From the NCBI GenBank assembly GCA_048128005.1, contig JBEUKZ010000058.1, positions 248,001 to 312,000 of the forward strand: a stretch of DNA of 64,000 bases. Reading direction: 5' to 3'. Position numbers and translations under genes: made by a program. Source of the DNA: Veleropilina oligotropha (lineage: Eukaryota). Each line of letters starts with the position of its first letter. Position 1 is the first letter of the stretch. Below, piece by piece: positions 48,946 to 59,506 of this stretch. The notes beneath the pieces were generated by a model. That model did not search any database, was not told the origin of the DNA, and was given only the letters and a program-made list of their open reading frames with translations.

Positions 48946-51934
48946 TCACTGCAAGGATGACCTAGATCCTCTAATACATTGCTGATTTGCAGCGACGAAG
49001 GAAATTCTATGTTCGCCAGGTGCCGTGGTTGCGTAATCACGCAGGTAAAAGCGAACAAAGGTATTAGCACTCTTCCAATAACCCGCCTTCAAGATTGCAT
49101 TGATATTCAAATTATACTTGAAGGCCAAGGACGTCGCTAAGGCCCGTGTTTCATGCGCGTGAATTGAAACGAGACCTCGATCTGGCTCATCGGACCGCTT
49201 GTAAATATCCTTTACAACAGAGACTATCCAACGTGAAACAGTCGATTTGCGAATGTCGCGGTGGAATTGAGGCATGTGGCTTATGAATAAACGCTTTTTT
49301 CCATGCCGTAGGTCACGGGTCCGGTCCAGGTAGAATCTCAGCGCACGAACGGGGCAGTTCAGCCGGTCGATATCGTCTCTACCCAACATGGAGAGGTTAC
49401 GGATACAAACCTCGGGACAGATATCTTCAGGCCTTTGTGTCTTCGCTAGGAAGCCAAGGACTGTATGCAGCATCAACGACCCATCGGTGTGGAAGTGTAT
49501 ATCTCGCAACTCTCCGGATAATGCGTGTATCTCCGATGCCCGATTACCGGTGGCGAGAGCGGTAAGTAATACGGTCTTATAAGTGAGATTTTTGAGGGAA
49601 CATTCACTCATAGACTCGAACGGGCATCTAAGTAAAGCATTGAGAATCAACATAATATTTCACGCAGGCGGCCGCACCTGCTGAATAGGGCGTTCGAGTT
49701 GGTAGGAGCGTATAAAGTCCGATATTGTTTTGTCGGTAGACAAGCGGGTGTGCTCGCGGCATTGCCGTAACGTCGTTGCTACGCATGATCGGTAGCCTTT
49801 GACCGCGGAAATAGACATTCCACGTTCAAGCAACGACGACAACAAATCGATAAATTTTGTCACAGGGGGGGCGGAAAATATTGACTTGCCGCCCGCGACA
49901 CCAATCCACAAATTTCTTCCATCGGTAGTCGTATACCTTTGTTGTAGATTGCCTTCTAGATCGGTAGATTCGCTGGGCTGTCGCTCTAGAAAAGCCTTTC
50001 TTAATGAGCGATCTCTCGATAGTCGCCAGGCGTGAAAGTGAAACTCGTTCGCCGACGGGTGTAGGACCCGACTGCGCGGTTGCGATAACAGGTCTGTCAT
50101 CTGCGGGAGCGCAAGTGGCTGATCGATGAGTAGATCCAGAAGTGTCGGAAACCAGGACTGCGTGCGTTGTAGGGGTGCTATTAGCGTCAACTCGCAGTCT
50201 TCGCGTGTTGCTTTCCGAAGTACTTGTGGCAGCATGCACGACGGCGGAAAGGCGTAGGCGATCAGATTCTCCCATCTCATTGACAGAGCGTCGACCGCTA
50301 TAGCGGCCGGGTCCGGGTAAGGAGACACAAAGAGAGGGAGTCGGTGATTGTATTCGGTTGCGAATAGATCGACTTGAGGCTGCGACCACAGGCGACAGAC
50401 ATCTCGGGCTACACGGGCGTGTAGCATCCACTCTGTGTGTATTATCTGTGTTTTCCGAGAGAGCGTATCCGCTCTGACATTCAGCTTCCCCGGGATGTGT
50501 CGGGCTCGAATTGACGAGTTGAGGGACATCACTAGGCGGTGTAGGTCGATCGCTCGGTCGCAAAGCGGACGGGAGCGAGTGCCGCACTGGTGCTGAATGT
50601 AAGCGACGACAGTCGTGTTGTCCGTGGCGAGCATTATGTGCTTGTTGCGGAGATGTGACGAGAGTGACCGTACTGACAGGTAGACGGCTTCTAACTCTAG
50701 GAAGTTGATGTGTCGTCCCTGAAGGTCCGTAGGCCAAAGGCCCGATGTCTCGTGACTGTCGAGGTGACCTCCCCAGCCCTCGTTTGACGCGTCCGTGAAG
50801 AGGTAGGCGTTCGGTTCTGGGGGGGATATCGGAACCGACTGGCTCGGCAGGGTAGTGTTCAGCCACACTGCTGTCGTGCGATTGAACCAATGCCGAAGAT
50901 CGATGCGATCCGTCCACTGTCCCGTACGTTGTATCCAGTGGTCCTTGAAGGCCTGCTGCAACGGTCGTTTGTCCATGCGACCCGTCGGTAACAGGGGAGC
51001 TACCGACTCGATGTGCCCTAGGACAGTGGCCAGTCGTCGCGCTGTAGTTATCCGTGAAGACTTCGTTTCCAGTATAACTGCGCGTAGGTTCTCTATACGT
51101 TTCTGAGTCGGTTTCGCGGTGTACCGGACCGTGTCGAACTCGACCCCTAGAAATGTAAACGTCGTCGAGGGCACGAAGCAGGATTTCTCGTTGTTGATCT
51201 GTAATCCTAGGCGCTTCGCCGATGACAGGGTAACGCTCATAGACTGGAGGCACTGATCACGGGACGCCCCGAGAATCAACCAGTCGTCGAGGTACATGTG
51301 TACTCTGTGCTCTTGCGAGTGTAGGAAGGCCCTGAGAGCCTGTACTGCCCGCGTGAAGACGTACGGGGCTGACGATAGACCGAACGGTAGACACCTGAAT
51401 TGGTAGACCGTTCCCCCGTGGACAGACCGTAGGTACCGGTGAGCCGAGACGTGCATCGGAACGTGTAGGTACGCATCGGTCAAGTCGATAGACGCTGCCC
51501 AGTCGCCCGGACGGATGGCCGTTCGTATCTTCGAGAGTGTTTCTTGCTTGAACTTCTCGGTACGAAGATACTGGTTGAGGAATGACAGATCGAGGATCGG
51601 TTGCCAACGGCCATCGGATTTCGGGACCAGGAAAAGGTGGCTGTAATATCCTGGTGTGCTGGGCGGCGCGGGATAAATCGCTCTTTTTGAGAGTAAGTCC
51701 CGCACTGCCTGGTCTAGGACGGCTTGATTTTCTCTTATCAGGAGACGAGCGCGTCCTGGTGGTGGTGTCGCGTCTAGGGTTGGATGTCGGTCGAATGCCA
51801 ACTTGTATCCGGCACTCACGACTGAGTGAACCCAGTTCTCCTCTGTCATTTTTAGCCAGGACAGGCTGTACTCTAACAGACACGCTCCCACCGGCAGAAG
51901 CGTGCAACTGGGCTCGTCGCGAGCGCCGGCAACC
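48946..51934 (-). pseudogene. DIRS B ORF3 tyrosine recombinase (stops at 51257 and 49660, frameshift in the G-run at 49865)
   Basis: TGNRASEI, HETRA, AGYW and FVRFYL in 48946-49653; upstream frame segments 49826-51253 and 51257-51934. Confidence 0.9.
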
Positions 51935-52173
51935 CCAGGGCCGCGGCTTCCCTCTCCCGCTCTGACGGGATTTCGTCGGAGGTGCCGTTTTCGTAGTAGA
52001 TTTCTTGGCCTGAGGAGGCCCACTATACGAAGGTTTGGCACGCTTGGAAGGCGTATGAGACCGGGACGGTCCCGAGCGCTTCCGCGAGGCAGCAGCCGGC
52101 GTACTCCGAGGAGTAGCCAAGACTGCCTTCTCGATCGCGCGATCCTTGAGGTCGGCCGCTCTCTTCTCGACAA
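49660..52173 (-). CDS. DIRS B pol (RT, RNase H, MT-like), open, running into the YR frame at its 3' end
   Basis: YLDD, LPFGLSSAP, FTDAS, TDNTT, VDLFAT and YAFPP; no AUG at the ORF start, so the true start is uncertain. Confidence 0.9.
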   Translation of the reverse strand: MSRRERPTSRIARSRRQSWLLLGVRRLLPRGSARDRPGLIRLPSVPNLRIVGLLRPRNLLRKRHLRRNPVRAGEGSRGPGVAGARDEPSCTLLPVGACLLEYSLSWLKMTEENWVHSVVSAGYKLAFDRHPTLDATPPPGRARLLIRENQAVLDQAVRDLLSKRAIYPAPPSTPGYYSHLFLVPKSDGRWQPILDLSFLNQYLRTEKFKQETLSKIRTAIRPGDWAASIDLTDAYLHVPMHVSAHRYLRSVHGGTVYQFRCLPFGLSSAPYVFTRAVQALRAFLHSQEHRVHMYLDDWLILGASRDQCLQSMSVTLSSAKRLGLQINNEKSCFVPSTTFTFLGVEFDTVRYTAKPTQKRIENLRAVILETKSSRITTARRLATVLGHIESVAPLLPTGRMDKRPLQQAFKDHWIQRTGQWTDRIDLRHWFNRTTAVWLNTTLPSQSVPISPPEPNAYLFTDASNEGWGGHLDSHETSGLWPTDLQGRHINFLELEAVYLSVRSLSSHLRNKHIMLATDNTTVVAYIQHQCGTRSRPLCDRAIDLHRLVMSLNSSIRARHIPGKLNVRADTLSRKTQIIHTEWMLHARVARDVCRLWSQPQVDLFATEYNHRLPLFVSPYPDPAAIAVDALSMRWENLIAYAFPPSCMLPQVLRKATREDCELTLIAPLQRTQSWFPTLLDLLIDQPLALPQMTDLLSQPRSRVLHPSANEFHFHAWRLSRDRSLRKAFLERQPSESTDLEGNLQQRYTTTDGRNLWIGVAGGKSIFSAPPVTKFIDLLSSLLERGMSISAVKGYRSCVATTLRQCREHTRLSTDKTISDFIRSYQLERPIQQVRPPA

Positions 52174-54172
52174 ACTCGGTGAATTTATCCCCGAAGAGAG
52201 TAGCGGCCGACAGCGGTACGCAACGTAGCGACTGCCGGGTGGCGGCGTCTAACGTGGTGCCGTCTAGGCACGCGTCTCTACGAAGTAGGACAGCGTTACC
52301 TAAGGACCGGGCTGACTCCGACGCGGAGTTCTCCGTGGAGGCGGCAACCTCTTCGAGGAATGACAGTGCGATCTATCGAGCGCAGGGTCCATCCTCTTGT
52401 AGTACGGTAATAGCTCCGTCCAAGAAGAAATCCTGGATGGAGGCATGCCGTAGAGCTCGACGGGCGGAGCTCTCAAAGCCCTCCATGGCGGCCCATGGGA
52501 CTTTGACTACCGAGGGAGCTGTAATGGCCGACAGCCGACGCATCGCTGCATCGATCTGAACTGGCTCAGTCGCCAGACACGTCCCAGAGCAACCGATCGG
52601 AATCGGACGCCTACTGGGCCGGAGGTACCTTCCCTTACGCAGACCACTAGGGTACTCCGTTATAGAGGAAGTCTCCACCAATTTGGACCCCTGAATGGAT
52701 TTGGTCGCCGAGTCGAGGACGAGCGAGACCAACCCAGACTGGGGGAGGGTAGGAAGCAGGGGGGCTTCCGTCCCAACAAACCGACGTGCCGCTGTCCTGT
52801 GCTTGACTATGCTTACCGGCCGAGCCGGGTCGAGCAAGTCAAGCATCCCGCGAAGCGACGCGACAGCGTCGTACCTTCGGCGGGTGGCGGAGACGGCTTC
52901 ATTCGTGCCAGAAAGACTACTAGAGTCGTCTGGTCCGACCGATTCAGGGAGGTCAGAGCGAGTAGAAGTGCTGTCCTCATCGGAACGAGGATCTACTGTC
53001 ATCACCGAAGCATGAGCCGAGCCCGGCGTTACGGTCAGAGACGCTGGGACCTGAGGCGGCTGGGTAGCCGGTAGCCAGGACCTACAACGTGACTCGACTT
53101 CCGTCGCAATCATAGCCTGGACGTTCTCGAACGAGAAACCCGGAGGCATGACGGACGTCGGACCAACAGCCATTGGTCCGCTCGAGGTTACCGTAGCGCT
53201 TGGTGGACGGGCTGCACGGACAGGTGGAGCCGAGAACCAGGGTCTCGGGGTACCTGTCGGGAAACCGCTACCAGGGAACCGGCCCGAAGGCACGTTAACT
53301 GGTGCGAACGGCCCGTAAGACTGCGACCACAGTCCATACGGGTCTGTAACCCTGCTCGAGTGAGGCACGTGGGAATACCCGCCGTACACCTCAGCCCCGA
53401 GCGCAGCCGATCCTACCACACCACCTAGGACGTCTTGAAAAGAATCGCCGGAGGTAATGGGCCTTCCATCGTTCTCGTGGGCTCCGACGGTGGCGGGATT
53501 AGTCTTTAAACTAGCGCCGTTGTCGGACGAGAGGATGGGTTTCGTCGAGCGTCTGGAACTTCGACCACTTTCGTGGTGCCCAGCAACTATATCGACTTTT
53601 TCTGCCAGTCGTTTCGCTTCTTGTTCAGAAGCTACTAAACTCGCAGAAGAACTAACGCTGCCTTGCTCCTCCGAGGCCGGAGAGGAAAGGTTTTGTCTGC
53701 CCTGTTCAGCTTTTCGCCGCAGCGCTCGACGTATCTTACTGGTCGGCAAGATACTCTGAGCAGCGGTTACTAGGCCCAAAGGAGAGGAGTCGGTCTGCAC
53801 TCGGGCTCGTACCTGAACCTTGGATCCCGACGAAGATTCTGGGACTTTCCCCAAAGTCTCAGAGGTTCCGACGGCGGATCCCGCGATAGCCGCTGTCCCA
53901 ACACGGCTATCACCGAGAGGATCTGAAACAGAAAGAATAGTATCAAAGCCTGCCTCTAATCTCTGAAGCTTCTCGGTGGATGTCCCATCGGGAGAAGATG
54001 CCCTGGTTTTCTTCCCCGTTGGGAAAAGAATCTCCCACTGCCGATTTGTCAATACGGTACAATGCTCACACGGATGCTTACCCCTAAAACAAACACGGTG
54101 AACAGTGCATTCGGAGTGCCTGTCAAAACCACGGATTTTCTGTCGGCACCCGGAAACACTGCAATGCACCAT
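51935..54172 (-). pseudogene. DIRS B gag (single premature TAG at 52373)
   Basis: MVHCSVSGC... Cys/His cluster; the ORF ends at 52373 and continues in the same frame to GRGKPRP. Confidence 0.88.
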
Positions 54173-55197
54173 AGCTACGTACACGGGTAGGTAGGAGATA
54201 GGGGTATGAAGTGATAAGGGTATTTCTACAGGTAGTTTACCAAAATACTACTACAACCTCGATTGTACCTGATCCGAGAGTTGGAAAAGGCTGAAATACG
54301 CTTAAAGCTTCCGGCGGATTATACGCCCAAAACACCGACTTTGATAAACTTTTTAACAAAAGTCGGCCAACGAATTGAGAAACGGGAGGTCTTTCTTTTA
54401 CAAGAAACCGCCCTTCACACCTAAAAACCTCTTGGATGTATATATATCAATTTGTTAGAATTCGGCGTGTTATCCCCGACTTAGCAGATTTACCAAAATA
54501 ACGCTAGTTAAATTCTAAACAATCTGCTTTTCAACGACGATAAATTTGATTACATAAATTTATAGCAAGAAAAACGTCGTTGAGGAAATTATCGTATATA
54601 TAAATGAATTGTCAATGCAAATCAAGCAATATCAATAATCAACTCTCTCCTGACTCCTTAGTAATTGCTAAGGAGCTTCCTTCTTTAAATATCCCTCTGA
54701 GCGTCCTCTTTATTTTCTTTTCAGAATTCCAAGATGGCGTCGTCAGTGGAGGGTGTTGATTTCCAGTTTTTGTCTGTACTCGACAGGAAAACTTCCAAGA
54801 AGGGCTTATTCAGGAGGAAAACTCGCAATTTTTCCACTAAACGTGTTTACACACTACGATCGATCTTATGAGCTTATTTGATTAATAAATCTGGCTCTAG
54901 AAAGATCGAAATTCACATCTAGATGATGGAGCAAAGTAAAACGCGACTTGTTCAAGATGGCGGAAAACTTCGGATGAGGTCATGACCTTTTGGTCACGAG
55001 GATCTCGCGGGAGTTGGAGAGCTCTTTATTAAGCATGAACTTGAGGAGGTCGAGCAGGTCAGTGGGTCAACTGGGTTAAATTTACTAAAAAGTGCGAAAT
55101 TACCATTTCCACCTTGTCCGGATTTAGCGATAATAGGCTTATTATGGCATTAGTAAGGACGTAAGTATATTTCATATAGATAACTCGATAAACTTGT

Positions 55198-57465
55198 TCA
55201 CAGGGGGCGGAGAATATTGACCTGCCGGCTGTGACACCAATCCACGTACTTAACCCATCGGTAGTCATAAACTTTAGACGTGGAAAGCCTTCTCGATCGG
55301 TAGATGCGTAGGGCTGTAGCACGAGAAAATCCTTTCTTAGCGAGGGATCGTTCGATAACCGCCAGGCGTGTAAACGTAAGTCGTCGGCGACGGGTGTAAT
55401 ACACAACTGCGCGTCTGCATTAACAGGTCCAGTCTTTGCGGGAGCGCTAACGGTCGATCGACGATCAGATCGAGGAGGGTCGGAAACCAAGGTTGCGTGC
55501 GATACAGGGGCGCGATTAGCGTTATCTCGCAACGTTCGTTCGATGCCTTCTTGTAGTACGAGTGTCAGGATGTACGACGGGGGGAAGGCATACGCGGACA
55601 GATTCTCCCATGTCATTGACAACGCGTCGACCGCTAGGGCGGCCGGGTACGGGGAGACATACAGAGGTAGTCGGTAATTAAATTCTGTTGCAAACAGATT
55701 GACTTGGGGTTGTGACCACCGGCGACAAACGTCCCGAGCTACTCGGCTGTGTAGCGTCCACTCTGTGTGTTTTAATCGGTGATTTCCGAGAGAGCGAGTC
55801 TGCTCTGACATTCAGCTTTCCCGGGATGTGTCGTGCTCGTATAGTCGAGTTGAGGGACATCACTAGGCGGTGTAGGTCGATTGCTCGGTCGCAAAGGGGA
55901 CGCGAGCGAGTGCCGCCCTGGTGTTGAATGTATGCGACGACAGTCGTACTGTCCGTGGCGAGCATTATATGCTTGTCGGAGATGTGACGAGAGGGACCGT
56001 ACTGTCAGGTAGACCGCTTCTAACTCTAGGAAGTTGATGTGTCGTCCCTGAAGTTCCGTCGGCCATAGGCCCGATGTCTCGTAACTGTCGAGGTGACCAC
56101 CCCAGCCGTCGTTCGAAGCGTCTGTGAACAGGTAAGCGTTCGGCTCTGGCGGGGATATAGGAACCGACTGGCTCGGCAAAGCAGGGTTCAACCCCACTGC
56201 TGTCGTGCGGGTAAACCAACGCCGAAGATCGATACGATCCGTCCACTGCCCCGTCCGTTGTATCCAGCGATCTCTGAACGCCTGTTGTAACGGTCGTTTG
56301 TCCATTCGACCCGTCGGTAGAAGGGTCGCTACCGACTCGATGTGCCCCAGGACAGTGGCCAGTAGTCGCGCCGTAGTTATCTCCGATGACAGGGTGTCTT
56401 GAATAACCGCGCGTAGGTTCCGTATACGTTTCTGGGTCGGTTTCGCGGTGTACCGGACCGTATCGAAGTCGACTCCGAGAACGTAAACGTCTTGGAGGGT
56501 ACGAAGCAGGATTTTGTCTTGTTGACTGAAATCCCAGTCGCTTCGTCGATGACAGGGTAAAGCTCGTAGACCGGTGGCACAGATCCCGGGACGCCCCGAG
56601 GATCAGCCAGTCGTCGAGGTACATATATACCCTGTGCCCTAGAGAGTGTAGGAAGGCTCCGAGGGCCTGTACTGTTCTCGTGAAGACGTACGGGGCTGAC
56701 GATAGACCGAACGGTAGGCACCTGAATGGTAGATCGTCTCCCCGTGTATAAACCGAAGGTACTGATGAGCCGTGATATGCATCGGGACATGCAGATACGC
56801 GTCGGTCAGATCGATCGACTCTGCCCAGTCGCCCGGACGGATGGCCGCTCGTATCTTCGAGAGGGTTTCTTGCTGGAATTTCTCGGTGCGAAGATATCGG
56901 TTGACATACGAGAGATCGAGGATCGGTCGCCAGCGGCCATCGGGTCTCGGGACCAGGAAGAAATGGCTGTAAATCCTGGTGTGCTGGGCGGCGCGGGATA
57001 TATCGCTCCTTTGAGGAGTAAGTCCCGCACTGCCTGGTCTAAGACCGCTTGTTTCTCGCCTTGCAGAGGGCGAGCGCGGCTTGGTGGTGGTGCCTCGGTT
57101 AGGGTCGGATGCCGGTTGAATACCAACTTGTATCCGGCACTCACGACTGAGTGGACCCAGCTGCTGTCTGTTAGTTCTAGCCACGGCTGGCTGTACGCTA
57201 ACAGACACGCTTCCACCGGCGGAAGCGGGCAGCTGGGATCGTCGTGTGTGCCGGCAGCCCTAGGGCCGAGGCTTCCCTCTCCCGCTCTGACGGGATTTTG
57301 TTGGAGGTGCTTGCCTCTTCTGAGTGGGTTTATTGGCCGGGGGCCTACCACCAGAAGAGGGCCTTGCACGCTTGGAAGGCTTCGGGGTCCGGGTGGGCCC
57401 TGAACGCTTCCTCGAGTCGGCGGGTGGACCCCCGGGGGGGTGCAGCATCGCCTTCTCGATGGCAC
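55198..57465 (-). pseudogene. DIRS C pol, multiply frameshifted
   Basis: FLVPRPDGRWRPILDL, YLDDWLI, FTDASNDGWG, TDSTT, VNLFAT and YAFPP spread across frames. Confidence 0.9.
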
Positions 57466-59506
57466 GGTCCTTCAGGTCCGCCGCTCTCTTGTCGACGAAT
57501 TCCGAGAAATTGTCGCCAAATAGAGTGGGGGCCGAGCAAGGCACGCATCGCAATGAGCGCCGGGTGGCCTCATCTAGCGAGGTGCCTTCAAGGTAAGCGT
57601 CCCTACGAAGTAGGAGTGCGTTACCCAGGACACGTCCCGTCTCCAACGCGCTGGTCTCCATAACGGCCGCAACCTCCTGGAGGAAGGACAGGGCTGCCCA
57701 CGGGCGCCGGGTCCGTCCTCCTGTAATACGGCTATCGCCCCGTCTAGGAAAAACTCCTGAACGGACGACAGCCGCAGAGCCCGTCGGGCGGAGCTCTCGA
57801 AAGCTTCCAAGGCGGACCAAGGAACTTTCGCTACAGAGGGAGTGTGACTGGCGGTCAGTCGACGCATCGCTGCGTCAACACGAGCCGCTCAGTCGCCAGG
57901 CACGGGTCAGTACATGCGAACGGGATCGAACGCGAACTGGCCCGGAAGTACCTCCCACTACGGAACCCCGAAGGGAACTCCGTCAATGGGGAGGACTCCA
58001 CCGGATTGCGCCCCTGAATGAGCTTCGTTGTCGAGTCTACCACCAGATCAACAAGCCCAGACTGAGGTAAGGAAGTAAGCAAGGGGGCTTCCTTCGCAAC
58101 AAACCGATGTGCCGCCGTCCTGTGCTTGACCGAGCCTACGTCCGACCGAGTCGGTTCCGGCGAGCCAAGCACCCCGCGAAGTGACGCAACGGCGTCTAGC
58201 CTTCGGCGGGTGGTGGAGGTCGGCTCCTGCGTGCCTGAAAGACTACCGTCTTCGGTCCCGACCGATTCAGGGAGGTCGGAGTGAGTAGAGTCGAGGTCCT
58301 CGTTGGAACGAGGGTCGATCTCCATCACGGTGGCAGGAGCCGTGCTCTGCGCCACGGGCAGAGGTGTAGGGAACTGGGGCGGCTCGGGAGCCGGTTGCCA
58401 GGCCTTACATCGAGACTCTAACTCCGCCGCGATCAAAGCCTGGACGTTCTCGTATGAGAAACCCGGAGGCATGACGGGCGTTGAACTAACAGCCGGTAGT
58501 TCTGTCGAGGTCACGGTGGCGCAAGGTAGACGGGCTGCACGGACAGGTGGAACCGAGAACCAGGGTCTCGGGTCACCCGTCGAGCGGTCGTACCCGAAAG
58601 AATGGCCCGAAGGCGCATTCAGTGGGCCGAGCGACCTGTAGGACTGTGGCCACAGTCCGTACTGGTCTACCACTCTGTTCGAGCAAGGCACGGTCGGGTC
58701 ACCGTAATACCTCTGCCCGAACGCAGCCGGTCTGTCCACGTTATCTAGCGTGACCACGGGGGGTGCACGGGAGACAACGGGCCCTCTGAAACAGTCGTGA
58801 GCTCCGAGGTTGAGCGGAAAAACCCGAGGGTTAGTCGCGTCGGTCTCGGACGAGGTTTCAGGCGTCGCCAATTGTCCGGATCTTAGACCATCGTAATGGT
58901 GTCCGGCCTCTTTAAAGGCTTTCTCATTGGGTTGCTCTCCGTCGTTAAACGGAGAGTTTCCCGCAGAAGGACTAACGTTCCCCGTATTCTTCGAGGCCGA
59001 AGAATAGGAAGGGGATTGTCTGCCCTGTTCAGCGGTTCGCCGCACTGCCAGATATACCTTGCTAGCCGGCAAGGTATGGTTGGCTGCAGTTACTAGGCCC
59101 GTTTGAGGAGGATCGAACAGCACTCGGGCTTTTATTCTCCTACCTGAATCTGGGGTCCCGGCAAGGTTTCAGCGACTCCCCCATGAGTCGCGGAGGTTTC
59201 GCCGGTAGATCCGGCGACAGACGGTTTATTTGGTCGACTGTCGTCCAGCGTCCCTGAAGTAGACAAAAAAAACGTTAATTCCCTTTAACCTACCATTTTG
59301 TCCCTTCTCCGGGGGAGAACCCACCGTGGTAACCGCTCTGGTCGGCTTCCCTGGTGGAAATAAGATCGCCCACTGCCTCTCTGTTAAAACTAGGCACAGT
59401 TCACATTTATAAACTTACTGCAATTACGGTGAACACGGCATTCCGTGTGCGTATCAAATTCCGTGAATCTTCTTTGGTTACACCCGGAGCTACTGCACCG
59501 GACCAT
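57260..59506 (-). pseudogene. DIRS C gag, disrupted
   Basis: MVRCSSSGCNQ...HTECRVHRNC start with a stop at 59390; ORFs 57855-59123 and 57260-57820 homologous to gag of B; ends GRGKPRP-TAG. Confidence 0.85.

Larger units (their letters stand above)
47773..55182 (-). mobile_element. DIRS1-type retrotransposon, copy B (same family as A), nested in the YR of C
   Basis: ITRs 47773-48018 and 54965-55182, ICR 48081-48161; the flanks rejoin to cgacgataaaaactcga, colinear with the YR of A at 8841-8857. Confidence 0.97.
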
